A stretch of 62,572 nt of DNA from Octopus bimaculoides (taxonomy: Eukaryota): positions 6,668,781 to 6,731,352 of the forward strand of contig NC_068986.1 of assembly GCF_001194135.2 (NCBI RefSeq), given 5' to 3'. The position numbers and the translations under genes are program-made. The notes below the pieces were generated by a model. That model was not told the DNA's origin and did no database searches. It worked only from the letters and a program-made list of their open reading frames with translations. Below, one piece after another: positions 25,728-38,466 of this stretch; position 1 is the stretch's first letter; each line of letters starts with the position of its first letter.

Positions 25728-26145
25728 AGTACAAACGCACGAACGATGTCATAAGTAACAGTACCACCGATAGTTGTTGTTGACAAACAACGGCACTAAT
25801 TTTATTCAAGGGAAAGGATCCCATGACACCGTTAGAACATGTTTACATTCCACGGCAGTAATTGTTTTCACCTCAATAGACGTCATTGATCGGTTGAAAT
25901 TACCGAAATACGACAATTTTTTTACATGAAATAACTTCGAATACAAAATTTTTATCTGTTCTATAATACAAAATATACAAGTATACGAAGTTTGAAAGTG
26001 TTTCGGTACCAAAAACACTACATAAAACATAAATGAAAAGTGGTGTCCGTCAATTCAGAAAGATCCTACTATTGTATTGATAAGGTCCTTTTCACTAGCA
26101 ATGGAACTATAACAGATCTTCAAAAACCTATTGTTGGCCCTAGAC

Positions 26146-26600
26146 CAGGGGTCACCAAACTTTTCCGACCATCGACCCCCTTTAGCCACTTCTTCTGCAT
26201 CGACCACCCTCCTCATTTAAAATATCTCTATACCCTACGTATCTTAAATGCGTACCGGGTACTGGTGCTGGCAATTAAAATGTTGGGTAAAATATACATG
26301 TACGACAAATTAGGAAAATTCTATTGAAGATGACACACTTTTTACATTTAAAACTACGTGTACGAGTATACAGTATTAAACTTTCGATTTTTATGAAATT
26401 GTTTTCACGGTTAGAAAATGTGAAAAACGCCTCATGTTTTCCGACGTTTCATGGCGCTGACAAAATATTTCGAGCAGTTCATCTGGGTGAGCTGTTCTTT
26501 CGCACGTCAACTCCCATTCGATTCCTAGGCTATCACCGACCCACTGTAATTCCTTGCCGACCCCTAGGGGCTCTCTGCCCTACACAGACACTGATAACCT
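26146..26600 (+). mobile_element. hAT(Charlie)-like non-autonomous element
   Basis: CTAGAC|CAGGGGTCACCAAACT terminus; right end degenerate. Confidence 0.5.
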
Positions 26601-27003
26601 AAGGGAGATAACTAATATCATTGAACTCTTCGGTCAACTTCGTAGACTCCGTTCATTTCAAAATATTGTTTCTACAGAAAAAAGCTTCTTGGTAGGCTGA
26701 CACCTTTTATAATTATAATAAGCATTATTGTTGTTACATAAAATTTTATTTATACAATCTAATACCTTCAAATTCTAAAAATTAATTGATTCTTATATTT
26801 TTAGGGGTTTTTTTCGGTTAGTCTGTTGAAATGTTATAAAATAGTTTTTCTCTCGTCTCGAACCTTGTATGAAATTGTAATATGACCAAATTCAGCAAAG
26901 TCTAACTAATTTCATTCTTGAAAAGTTATCAAAACTTTCATTTACAAGTGTAAAGCTAACGCAGAAACAGTTAAGCATCAACAAACAAAGCACTCACCTC
27001 TAG

Positions 27004-27035
<32 letters not shown>

Positions 27036-27172
27036 CCGGTATACAGCACTTACTCGGTATTACCTGTATCTTTGGGTTTGGTTAAATAAAACACCCTCCT
27101 TAACCTTATATATATAAATGAAAATACGTGTTGCTGTTTTTAATTTTAATCCTCTATCTTTATATATACTTA

Positions 27173-27294
27173 CAATTAAACCTTGGGAGAGGCATTATGC
27201 CGGTAATAAACACACGCACTGGTTCACTCCTTTATTAATTTATAAACAGTATTTAGTTTATTACCGGCGTAATGCCTCTCCCAAGGTTTAATTG
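27173..27294. mobile_element. 122-bp MITE with about 39-bp terminal inverted repeats and TA duplication
   Basis: TA|CAATTAAACCTTGGGAGAGGCATTATGCCGGTAATAAAC...GTTTATTACCGGCGTAATGCCTCTCCCAAGGTTTAATTG|TA. Confidence 0.85.
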
Positions 27295-27737
27295 TATTTT
27301 TTTCAACACACGTATCCACATCAAGAATCTTGCACACCAAATACACATACGAATTATAAATGCTTGTTATTTTCTATAAATTCTTATTTTGGTATGTTTG
27401 CCTTATTAATCTCTTATCCTTTATGTTTTACCTTTATATTGTTAAATTTTGTATGGTATTGAATTTAGTTAAACTAAAGCGCGCATTTTTTTTTCATATT
27501 CGTTTAGGGCAAGTTGTTTTACACCTATTACACAATTTTTCTTTTTTTTTTCTCGGGTCAAACGATTTATATTTTACATTCCTATTTACTTTCGCATATA
27601 CTTGTATAGCATTCTATGAATCGTGGAGAATGTTGCATCTCCTCTCTGCATGCGTACACGTTAAGATGTGGGTCAATATAGTTCTTAAATTGATATTTTT
27701 CAGTTACTTATAATTACACCATACAATTTATATAAGC

Positions 27738-27789
<52 letters not shown>

Positions 27790-27879
27790 ACACACACACA
27801 CAGCTGCATCCTCGTTACACGAGAAAAGCCATTTTCAAGAAGATTTACTCGGTGGGTTTTTTTTTATTGTGATAACTGC

Positions 27880-29750
27880 CTCCTTTACCTACAAAATACC
27901 TCTAATCAAAAACTACAAAAGGTTAAATGCAATCAAATTCTTTGGTAAGAAGGGCCTAAGAATTACCTTTGATGATGATGATAGAACTTAGGTTAACTTC
28001 CTCAATCTCACTCTAAACTTAAATACAGCCTTGTGTTTCCTCTACCATAATCTTTCAACAAACCTGAAATACATCAGCATTTTTAGTAACCACCCTTCCA
28101 ATATAACAAAATACTGCTGGTTTGAGTTGATTCTTTGGCTACTGACTGGCCGGAGTTATCTATCTGTCTGTCTCTCTCTCTCTCTATATATATATATCTA
28201 TCTATCACTCGTCCACCTTCGTTTGTGTCCGTAGAATTTATCAAATTAGAAAACGCAAATTTAATATAAAAATATATTTTCTGAAATTGCAAATTATTTA
28301 AAATATAAAAATACAATTTTCAACAGAGAGAATTTATCAAATGAAGTTTGAAGTTAAGTTTTAAAATAAATGTGATACTTATGCTCCGTAAATACTTATA
28401 CTCTGTCATGTTTCAAACGCATGGATGTAGGTGTCGAATTTGTTCCAATAACTTTCGAGTGATAGATAGAGAGAGAGAGACAGACAGACAGATAGCTCCG
28501 GCCAGTCATGGTATTAGCTGTCAGTAGCCAAAGAATCAACTTAAACCTAGTAGTAACGTCCCTTGTCAGATTTTTCTACTTTCACTTCTGACAGCTAATA
28601 CCATGACTGCCAAATTATCTGCCAATAAAACCGTTTTCAATAATAACACTGATTTCTATAATTCAGCTTTATATAAAACAGGATATAAGGAACAAATTAA
28701 ATACTATAACAACCTTGCTCCTATCTCTTCCTCTAATCATTTGGTTTAATGCATTGATAATAATTATAGTAGTAATAACAATACTTATGCTAATAACAGT
28801 AATAGACAATAACAACAAGAATACTCACATTGTTTCTCTCATAGTCAATAATTCAAATAATATCCCATTTCATCAAAATATCCATAATCTTTACCTTCGT
28901 AATTTTAAAAACAGTCGAAGGGAAGTAACTATACTTCTCCATTCTTTTTACACTTCTTTAAAAATAAGATTAGGTTTTTTTTAATAATAAATCTCAGCAT
29001 GAATCGCGTAACACTAGTAAAAGTATCTGGTTGATTATTCCGTATGGAAAATAAATTAAAATAACCTTCCCCACTTATTTCATCAAGCTATCGAAAGGAA
29101 CTTTCCTATTAAAATTCCAGATGGCACTCAATTTTCAACACACACCATATCAGAATTGGTTTCTCTAACACCAGTAATCTATTAAAGATTATATCATAAC
29201 TTAACAGCTATATTCTAAAAGGTAACAGAGTCTTTCTTAATAATTGTAATAACAATAATATTAACAATAACCTCTCCTTAAATTATAATATCAATGATAT
29301 TAGACCTTGCAAGTGTGGACTGAATAAAACTTGTGTCCTCAATGGAAACTGCCATATTAAAAATGTCGTTTACCAATGCAAGATTACCTCTGTAACTAAG
29401 GAAGTTTTTTATATTGGATTATCTTCTACAGTTTTGAAATCCCATTTGGCAAACCACTTTTCCACCTTTAGATAGTCGTAAGCATAATTCTACAGGACTT
29501 TGTATGCTAATTTGGCACCTTAAAGATTCTAACAAACTTTTTTCTTTAGATTGGAAAATTTTTATCTAGATCATTCCCCTATGACAAAGGGAAATCTTTC
29601 TGTCGTCTCTGTATGGATGAGCAACTATCTATCCTCTTTTCTAAACATAAACTGAACACTTTTATTGAGTGACTTTACAGGTGTTCACTTTGCAAACAAC
29701 ACACTTTCGCTTTTTTCAAACAGTATCTAATTCTTAATAATAATAATAAT
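27880..29750 (+). mobile_element. Old Penelope-like element (RT end plus GIY-YIG), split by insertions at about 28119-29020
   Basis: GLRITFD..VNFLNLTLNL...SNHPS; then CVLNGNCHIKNVVYQCKIT...FYIGLSS..LKSHLANHFSTFR. Confidence 0.8.
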
Positions 29751-30252
29751 AATTCCTGCAACTTATGTTTATTCTTACTTCCCATAACTCTTATTTCTCC
29801 CTTCATCTTTTTTTCCCATCTATTATCTATTCACTTTTGCCCATTCCTTTCTCTCTCTCTCTCTCTTAACTTTGTTTTCTCGTTTCCCCCTCCCTCTTCA
29901 TCTATACCTTCTCTTCACTCACCCTATGGCATCTATTTCTTCAACAGCATTTTCAAATTTATAGTGTTCCCTTTCCATATATGTATATGCGGTATGTTTG
30001 TAATTGTTCCTGTATGTGTGTGCATGCCTATACACATATATATATATATGTATAGACATATGTAGTGGAGCTGTAAAATTGTGGAGCCTATGAATAACAT
30101 ACACGAAATTACTTCTTAATTCAATTAAAAACTCAAAAGAGAGTATTTGAGATCACTCAGATGGATGAAGGATATAGGTGGGATGTGGTCACAATATAAC
30201 AGCAAGGTTGATGATTACTATTTTCTTTTTATTGTTTTTAGATTTATCCAAG

Positions 30253-30363
30253 ATGGCAGCAGAACGTCAACCTCGACACAATGCTGGAAATCGAATGTCA
30301 AAGTTGTTAAACGAAGAAGAAGAAGATGATTTTTACAAGAACACTTATGGTGGCTTTAATGAT
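30253..30363 (+). CDS. VPS72: VPS72/YL1 first coding exon (MAAERQPRHNAGNRMSKLLNEEEEDDFYKNTYGGFND); exon starts at 30242, so a 5' UTR exon lies upstream
   Basis: aagATGG context; R..NAGNRM..LL..EEEDDFY...YGGF is the YL1 N-terminal signature; GAT|gtatgt. Confidence 0.95.
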
Positions 30364-30992
30364 GTATGTTTTACAAGAACTTCTATGATTATTATTTTCT
30401 CTTAAATGTTTTCGACAGAAATAATCAATTACTGAATGTTATTAATTTAGAGGTGAACTGATCTACTAAGTAACATATTGATATTGACCTGCATCTGCTA
30501 GTTTCTCTCTAGCAAAGGCAATTTGTTATGAACAGACATTTAGTTGTACTTGTATTACTTTACCTTGCAGTGGAGAGAATACAGGTCCTTTTCATACCAA
30601 ACCACACAAGACTGTTCTGGATTCTACAGTACAGACTTATTGTTTTAATGTGATCTAAATTAAAATTTCATGTTAATTTATAATCCAAACATTAGCTTAA
30701 TGAGGATCAAGTTATTTTACTATATTCTTCGTTATTTCAGAAATAGATTGTGAAAAAATTAGTGTATTTAAACAGAAAGATGATTACAAAAAGGTTAAGA
30801 ATGACTACTAGGTTCTGCAGAATACTAGTAAATTACCTATTTTCAACATTGGTACACTGAAGTTTACTTTCTATACTAATTGACCCTATTTTGACAAAAA
30901 TTGTTTGCTTCAGCATCTAATTACATTTCAAACTTCAACTGTCACCTTATAAACTAGAATATTGGTCAATATACATTCCAATAGTATTCTGT

Positions 30993-31195
30993 TGCCGTGC
31001 GGGTGACACGTAAAAGCACCCACTACACTCTCTGAGTGGTTGGCGTTAGGAAGGGCATCCAGCTGTAGAAACTCTGCCAAATCAGACTGGAGCCTGGTGT
31101 TGCCATCCGGTTTCACCAGTCCTCAGTCAAATCGTCCAACCCATGCTAGCATGGAAAGCGGACGTTAAACGATGATGATGATGATGATGATGATC
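30993..31195 (+). mobile_element. Young RTE 3'-end copy in a VPS72 intron
   Basis: Identical by eye to 1-227 over about 190 nt. Confidence 0.85.
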
Positions 31196-31612
31196 TTTTA
31201 ATTCATTCACATTTTCAGGAATTTGTTTTTAGAAAAAGTGTACTACTTTGGTAATTAGACATATCTTGATGATAGTGTTGGAAGAGTTCATTTCTTTTTC
31301 ACTTCAATCTTGGTTTTATATTTTTACTGTTTAAACTGATATTTGATTTCGGCTTCTAGTGTATAGTTGGAATTGTTTATTTTACTTAAACAATTGCTTT
31401 CAGAATTGGAATAAACCTTTTTGTTTTGGTTAGTTAGTCAGATAATTGCTGGTGGCAATAGTTATGTGTATTGTCCAGGGATCACACCACATTGACTGAA
31501 GTAAGACTTGAACTTCAAACAATGTGGTTAGTAATACAACATTAACCTCACAGCCATTGGGCCTCTTAGATATGTCACACCATTCAGTATTGTATCCATT
31601 CATGTATTTCAG

Positions 31613-31765
31613 GAAGAGGATGACATTGACTTCCAGTCTGAAGACTCTGAATCTGATGAGGTTGACTCTGACTTCAGTATTGATGAGGATGACGAAATAC
31701 GCAGCGATATAGATGATGATGATGAACCAAAACGCAAAAGAGGAATTAACACCAAAGCTTACAAG
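31613..31765 (+). CDS. VPS72: VPS72 exon (acidic H2A.Z-binding region EEDDIDFQSEDSESDEVDSDFSIDEDDE...KAYK)
   Basis: tttcag|GAA...AAG|gtaaga; DEVDSDF.IDE motif. Confidence 0.95.
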
Positions 31766-34668
31766 GTAAGAAATGTCTAACACAATTAGGAACACCACTG
31801 GCTCCTAATAATAATATCTAAGGCTGGTGATCATCGTGACGATAATGACCATCCTCGTTATCATCTCTATTTTAACATGTATTTTCCATACCAGCTAGAA
31901 ATGCTCTGCATCACAGCATATCTTTATTTCTCTCAACCCTGTACCATAGCATGCTTAGATCTGATTTCTCTTTTTACTTTTTTCTACGTACATGCTACAT
32001 GCCAAGCCACCCATTAGTGGGTGGCTTTATACCAGGTATTGAAAGGTTAAAGTATGAAAGTAAGTGCAAGCGTCTTGGTGAAGGAGATAAAAGGAAAGTA
32101 GTGATGGGGTACTAGAGCCAACTCTCAAGGTACAAGAGGGTGAGACACTGGATCATGGGAAGGGATGAGAGTGAGTGCTTTCATAAGAGAGTGAAGGAGA
32201 GTAACATAGTTGAAGGTGGGGTGGAGGTGCAGTTGGAGGCAAATACCAATATGGAGAGGGGTAAGTTGAGAGAGACAGGAGTCGCTCAGGAAGAGAAATA
32301 GAACAGAAAGTAGTGGGTTGGTGTGCAAGGTGTAAGAGCTGTGGAGAGTGGGAGATATAGAGATACATCAGGGGTCGTGATGATAGGCATGAGAAAGCAC
32401 TGAGAGTGATAGCAGATAAGAGAGGTATAAGAACAGATGGAGTATTGTAAAGGGGAAAGAGCAGTGGCTGAAAGCATGGCAAGGAGGTGATTGGTAGAAA
32501 TAGTGTAGGCAAAGATGATAATAGGGACTGGAAATGGTTCCCTGCAGGAGTTCATAACCACCAAAAAGGAGAGGCGGATATATGTGCTGATTCTGCTCTC
32601 AGTTGATTATAACAGATGATTAGGAACCTAGATTGGGTATGAGAATTGGGGGGAAAAGCTTAATGAGGCAGGGGCAGATTTCTGCATGTACAAGCATACC
32701 AGGTGGTTTTAGGAAATCAGATTTGCTGTGATGGACAGGTCTTCTCGAGTACAGCAAATTGCCAATTAATCATTGATTATCTAGTGTTTTTTTGTTTTTT
32801 TTATACTCTTAAGAACACAAGATAGTCATGGTTTAATTGTCTTTGATCATAAGTTTTCTGAATAGGTTCTGATCTAGAGCTAAACATCATCAATATTGCA
32901 AAATTATTTCATATTTCAACTTAGGGTTATTATTTTTTTCCCTCTTTTCATGTGTCCCCATCCCCTTCACCTTTTTGTACCATGATGATGATGATGATGA
33001 TGATGAGCACATCCTGACACTTTATTACCAACACTTTCTTCTCTCCTTTAAGCCACTTCCTATACCTCTATCAGACGCTTACTTCTCAACCCCTGATGTA
33101 AGCCAATTCAATCAAGAAGTCTTATTTTACGAATCACTTGGTGACCTCACTAGTGCAGGTGACACGAGTAAAACACCCAGGACACTGTAAAGTGGTTGGT
33201 ATTAGGAAGTGCATCCAGCCATAGAAACTATGTTAGAGCAGAAACACTGGAGTTCAATGCAGTCCTCAGACCTCTGACCAACAGAAATACGGACATAAAA
33301 TAATAATGATGATGACTATGACAACAACAATATACTTTAACATTATACTTCCTTTTTAGTCATCATATAATTTTCTCGGACATTAATTAACTTTCTTTCA
33401 GTTTTTTTTTTTTTTTTTTTATCTGGTTTAGAGGGCTTCTGAGACTGGTGGAGTGAAGTTATCGTCACACCTTCACTCCTTGCTCTTATGCTTGCAATGA
33501 CACATCCTCTGCTAAATGTCTCCCACATATTTTCTATGTTTTGTCTTTATTTTTTCTCAAGTCTGTTATGAAGTTAAACATATTCAAAGTGTGTTGTACA
33601 GTGTTAGGTTTTTTTCTGTACAACATTATGGTTTTGAACTGTGATTAGCCTTTGTTCTTTTAATTTCTTACTTGGCTTCTTCAGATGTGGTGCTATGTTT
33701 TGTTTATTAACTCTGTAAAATGCTATCTTTGTGAAACACAAAGAGAGAGAACTTAGTTTTTCTGAAACCCACTGGACTCAAGAAAATTAAGTTCTGTGCA
33801 ACTATATCCATATATGCATAACTGTTTGCCTTCCAAATACACTCCACCACCTTTCATCTCTCTAACTGCTGCTTTCCCATGATGCCACTAATTTTTCTTA
33901 CTAACTGGAACCATTTCACTTGATGTCCATCCCTCGTCATTCTGTCCACTCCACCTACATTTGACATTGACCCCCTCCACTCATCACAGAGCCACCAAGT
34001 TCTTTCACCATCTCTCACCTCCCATGTCTACTGTATCTTCACTACTTTTCACCCCCATCATCAAAAGTCTCACTCATCCCTTATCCACCACCCTCAACCC
34101 TATCCAATCTCTTCTGTTCTCACCTTCATTTTCCCTACTTCTACTCAGTACTTGTTTTTCACTCTTTATAGTCACCCCCTTACCCATTCTCCATCCCTCA
34201 CTTTCCCATATACTTTTGCCACTTCTACTTACCTCATACCTTGATGGTTCACACAGACACTTCATCACCCCTCTTCTTATCTCTTCCCAGCTCCACGCCA
34301 ATATTTTCTTCTAAAATGTGAGTAGCCCCTCAGCAGTAAGACATCTGTTTCACTCTGGCTTTCTTACTTTAATCCCTCACCTCTTAGCAATAAAGATGCC
34401 TGTCTTGGAGTTGAAAACCTTGTAAGCTGCTTAGCACAAGTGCTGGTAGCATGAAAAATACACTTTAAAGTGGTTGGCCTTAGGAAACGATGCCAAAGTA
34501 GATGATGGAGCATGATACAGTCCTTGGACCACTGTTCAGTTGTTTATTTCATACCAGCATGAAATGTGGACACGAAATGATGGTGATTGGGAAACTGAAC
34601 AATCCTTTAAACATTTGTTAAAATGTGACACCAGAAAATTTATATTCTTCATTTTCTTGTTTTCTTAG

Positions 34669-34759
34669 GAACCAAAAAAACTAAAGGAGACAGCCAAAAT
34701 TAGACCTAAACTTAAGAAAGCTGAACGACCATCTTTACAAATTTACCACTCTAATTCAG
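34669..34759 (+). CDS. VPS72: VPS72 exon (EPKKLKETAKIRPKLKKAERPSLQIYHSNS) with a GC donor
   Basis: ttcttag|GAA...TCAG|gcaagt; phase 1 fits the 37181 exon. Confidence 0.85.
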
Positions 34760-34964
34760 GCAAGTATTGTATTTGCTGCTGTATGAGATGGTGCCAGCAT
34801 ATCCACTTTGTTAAGAAGTTTGCTTTGCAAATTCAAGTTCATATATTGTAAACAAATGGAAAAACAAATCATAGGATACATGATTTTAGGTTTTTCTATT
34901 GCACATGGAACTTAGTATACACAACTGTTTGAAAGCCTGTTGCTTGTGTGTGTATTTATGTGTG

Positions 34965-36790
34965 TAGGAAAGCCTCCAGCTCATCAGGAATCACTGCTGA
35001 GATGCTTAAAATATCTGGCAAAGTAGGATGTGGCTTTATTACCTGTATAGTAAATCATGTTGTCCATGAGGGAGTCATACCCAACCATTGGTATAGTAAC
35101 ATTATAGTCAACTGCAACAAAAGTAAAGGTGATGCCTAAGACAGAAATAATTACAAAAGCATCAAATTGCTGGATCAGGTGATGGAAGTCACAGAAAGGG
35201 TCATTGCTCAATTAATTAGGGACAGAGTTCGTGTAGATGAGATGCAGTTTGGATCTGTGCCAGACAGGAGCATGACTGATGCTATATTCTTGGTTAGGCA
35301 ACTGCAGGAGAAGTATTTAGCCAAAAATGAACCTCTGTACTTGGCTTCTTGTGACATGGAGAAAGTCTTTGACTCCCTTGCTCTCTTATCTGAAGGTCAA
35401 TGCAGAAGCTAAGGATAGATGAGTGGTTAGTGAGAATAGCACAAGCCATGTATAGGGATGCTACCAGTGAGGTTAAGGTTAGCAATTTCTGAGTATAGCA
35501 ATGAATTCAGTGTACAGGCAGGAGTTCACCAAGGCTCAGTTCTCAGCCCCCTCTTGTCCTCCAGGTCTTAACAGAGGAATTCAAAACCAGCTGTCTCTGG
35601 GAGGAGAAGGAATTTCAGGTGTGGAAACAAAGCCTTAAATCCAAGGGCCTTAGAGTTAGTTTAGCAAAAACCAAAGTCCTAGTAAGTAGGAAAACAAACA
35701 AATCACAAGTCTCTTCTGGGAAATGGCCCTCCTCAATATGTAAGAAGGATGTTGGTAGAAAATCCATATGATGTACCCAGTGCAAGCTTTGGACACATAA
35801 GAGGTGTAGCAGTATCAAAGGAAGGTTAACGGAGAATGTGTGTGGCAAATTGCTGGTACAATAAGCATTAAAAATCACCATTATCGTTTAACGTCCGTTT
35901 TCCATGCTGGCATGGTTTGACTGGGGGCTAGCAAGCCAGGAGGCCGCACCAGGCTCCAATCTGATCTGGCAGTGTTTCTACAGCTGGATGCCCTTCCTAA
36001 CGCCAACCACTCCGAGAGTGTAGTGGGTGCTTTTTACGTGCCACTGGCACAGGAGCCAATCAGGCGGCACTGGCATCAGCCATGCTCAGATAGTGCTTTT
36101 CACATGCCACTGGCATAGAGAGCCATTCAGGCGGCACTGGCAATGACCTATGCATGTGCAGACAATAGGCTTCCCCAAATGCTGAGGGGGATTGTTAGAA
36201 GTAGTTGATAGCTTCTGTTGTCCAGAAGACCAAGTTAGCAGTGGTGGAGGAAGTTCTGAAAGTGTAGTTGCTAGGATAAGAACAGACTAAGCAGAATTGA
36301 GAGAAAATTCTACATTTGTAGGTAGTAAAGGGGAGCACTCCTTCGGAGTGAAAGACAGATTGTAAGAGATATCCATGTACATACAGCTATGCTACATGGC
36401 AGTAAAATGTGAACTATGACTACAGAGAGGATATGTGAAAGATTGAAAGAAAGGAAGCCAGCATGTTTTACTGGATGGGTAATATCAGTGTGCAGGTACA
36501 ACAGAGTATAAATGATTTAAGAGAAAAATCAGGTGTAAGAGGCATCAAATGCTGTGTGCAAGAGAAGACTGTGCTAGTATGGCCATGTGATGTGTGTCAA
36601 TGATAGCTGCATAAAGAAGTGCCAATCTCTAATTGTGGAAGGAACCTCTGGAAGGGGTTGACCTAGGAAGACATGGAACAAAGTAGTGAGAAAGGATCTT
36701 CAGATGTTGAGCCTCACAGAGATGACAAGGGGCTGAGAGGTTCTGGCAATTTGCTGTGCTTGAGAAGATATGTCCTGCTAAGTAAAATTG
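34965..36790 (+). mobile_element. RTE LINE reverse-transcriptase fragments, interrupted by an inverted RTE 3'-end copy (about 35880-36140)
   Basis: VDEMQFGSVPDRSMTDAIFLVRQLQEKYLAK..LYLA..DMEKVFD; GVHQGSVLSPLL. Confidence 0.9.
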
Positions 36791-37180
36791 TGGCCATCCA
36801 TACATACATACAGGTATACTTTTTAAGGTCATTTTCCCACTCTCTCTCTCATTCAAGAGGTCCTTGGCTTGCAGGTGCTGGTGCCACATAGAAAGTACCT
36901 GTTTCGGTGCCACACAAAAAGGCATCCATGCCAGTACCACATAGAAAGTACTCTTGCCACTGCCACGAATTAAGCACCAGTGCTATGTAAGAAGCATCCA
37001 GTACACTCTGTAAAGTGGTTGGTGTTAGGAAGGGTAGAAACCATGTCAAAACAGACAATTGGGGCTTGGGCAGCTCTCTGGCTGGCCAGCTCCTGTCGAA
37101 CTGTCCAACCCATGCCAGCATGGAAAAACAGATGTTTAATGATGATGATTATTGTTGTTTTCTCTCTGTCCTTATTTCAG

Positions 37181-37375
37181 AAAGAAAATCTCTTCGTCAA
37201 TCAACTGCAGAAAAGTCACAGGCAACTGCACGTCGAGAAAAGGAACGGGAAGTCCGTGTTAAGATGATGAAAGAAATAGCAGCCAAAAGAAATGTAACCG
37301 AGGTGCGACGTCTTACTCAGTCAGAGTTGTTAGAGGAGGCTAAACTGACAGAAGAATATAATATCAAGTCCTTGG
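37181..37375 (+). CDS. VPS72: VPS72 exon (ERKSLRQSTAEKS...RRLTQSELLEEAKLTEEYNIKSL)
   Basis: tttcag|AA...TTGG|gtaatg; RKS.R.ST and LTQEELL.EAK.TEE.N..SL YL1 motifs. Confidence 0.95.
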
Positions 37376-38300
37376 GTAATGAAATTCCTTCACCCACATA
37401 GGTAGAATGTGGATCTCTCATTAAATGAAATATTTTCTGTACATTGTGTTCTTGGTGTAGAATAAAATCTTTTGTGGGTGATACTCTACCATCCCATTTA
37501 TATTCTGATCACTGTACCTTGAGGGTAAGCCCTGGCATTTCACCACTTTCTCCCTCTGACTGGGTAACCCTGTATCTCCTCTACAGCAACATATCTGTTT
37601 CTATCCCTCTGTCACACTCTAACCTCTCTCATCGCCTGGCACAAGGCCACTCCTCCAATGCCCCCCCCCCTCACAAACTCAAAAAGATCTTTGTCTTGGT
37701 GACCTCCCCACCACCAATGCGCTGGTGCATCCAGTCCACACTGTAAAGTGGTTGGTGTTAGGAAGGGCATCTAGCCATAAAAACAAACAGTCCTTGTCAA
37801 ACCTAATCCATGCCAACATGGAAAATGGATGTTTAAATGACAACAGTGATGATACCAATACCAATGCCTATTCTGTTCATGTGTTTTGTCTGTTACGCAT
37901 GAATGAATATTTATAGTTGATATCAGGCTTGAGTATTTCATGGCAGAAGTCATTTTGATACAGTTTGTGTTGCAGTTGTATTGTGTCTCCTCCAACATAC
38001 AGTTTACACTCAAGCATTGCAAGATCAATTCTGAATTCTTATATTTTCATGACTTTTTATTAAATTTCTAGGCTTAGTATCATTCTTACTTGAAATGAAA
38101 TTGTACTTGGTATCATATTTTCTAATGATATTTGCATATTTTGTCATATTTACATACTAAGTATATCATCATTTTTAATGTGTACAAAACTTGATATTTT
38201 ATTTTTATAATTTGAAGGTAAATTTTCGTGGTTTAATATCACTCTTTATAGGGCTTGCTATAGATAAACCAAATATGATTTGGTTTCCTTTCTCTTGTAG

Positions 38301-38466
38301 AAACATACCAAAGACTGGAATCTGAGAAGAAAAAGTGTCGAGTTCAAAAAACTACTTACAAAGGAGCTTTGGTTCGCTACCAGTCTGTAACTATGCCTTT
38401 GATTGAAGAATTGCCTCAGTCATTACACAATAATGAACCAGAAATTAACGTAGAAGATGTCTCAGG
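38301..38466 (+). CDS. VPS72: VPS72 exon (ETYQRLESEKKK...LVRYQSVTMPL...)
   Basis: ttgtag|AA...GG|gtatga; matches E.YERLE..KKK...I.Y.SVT.PL. Confidence 0.95.
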
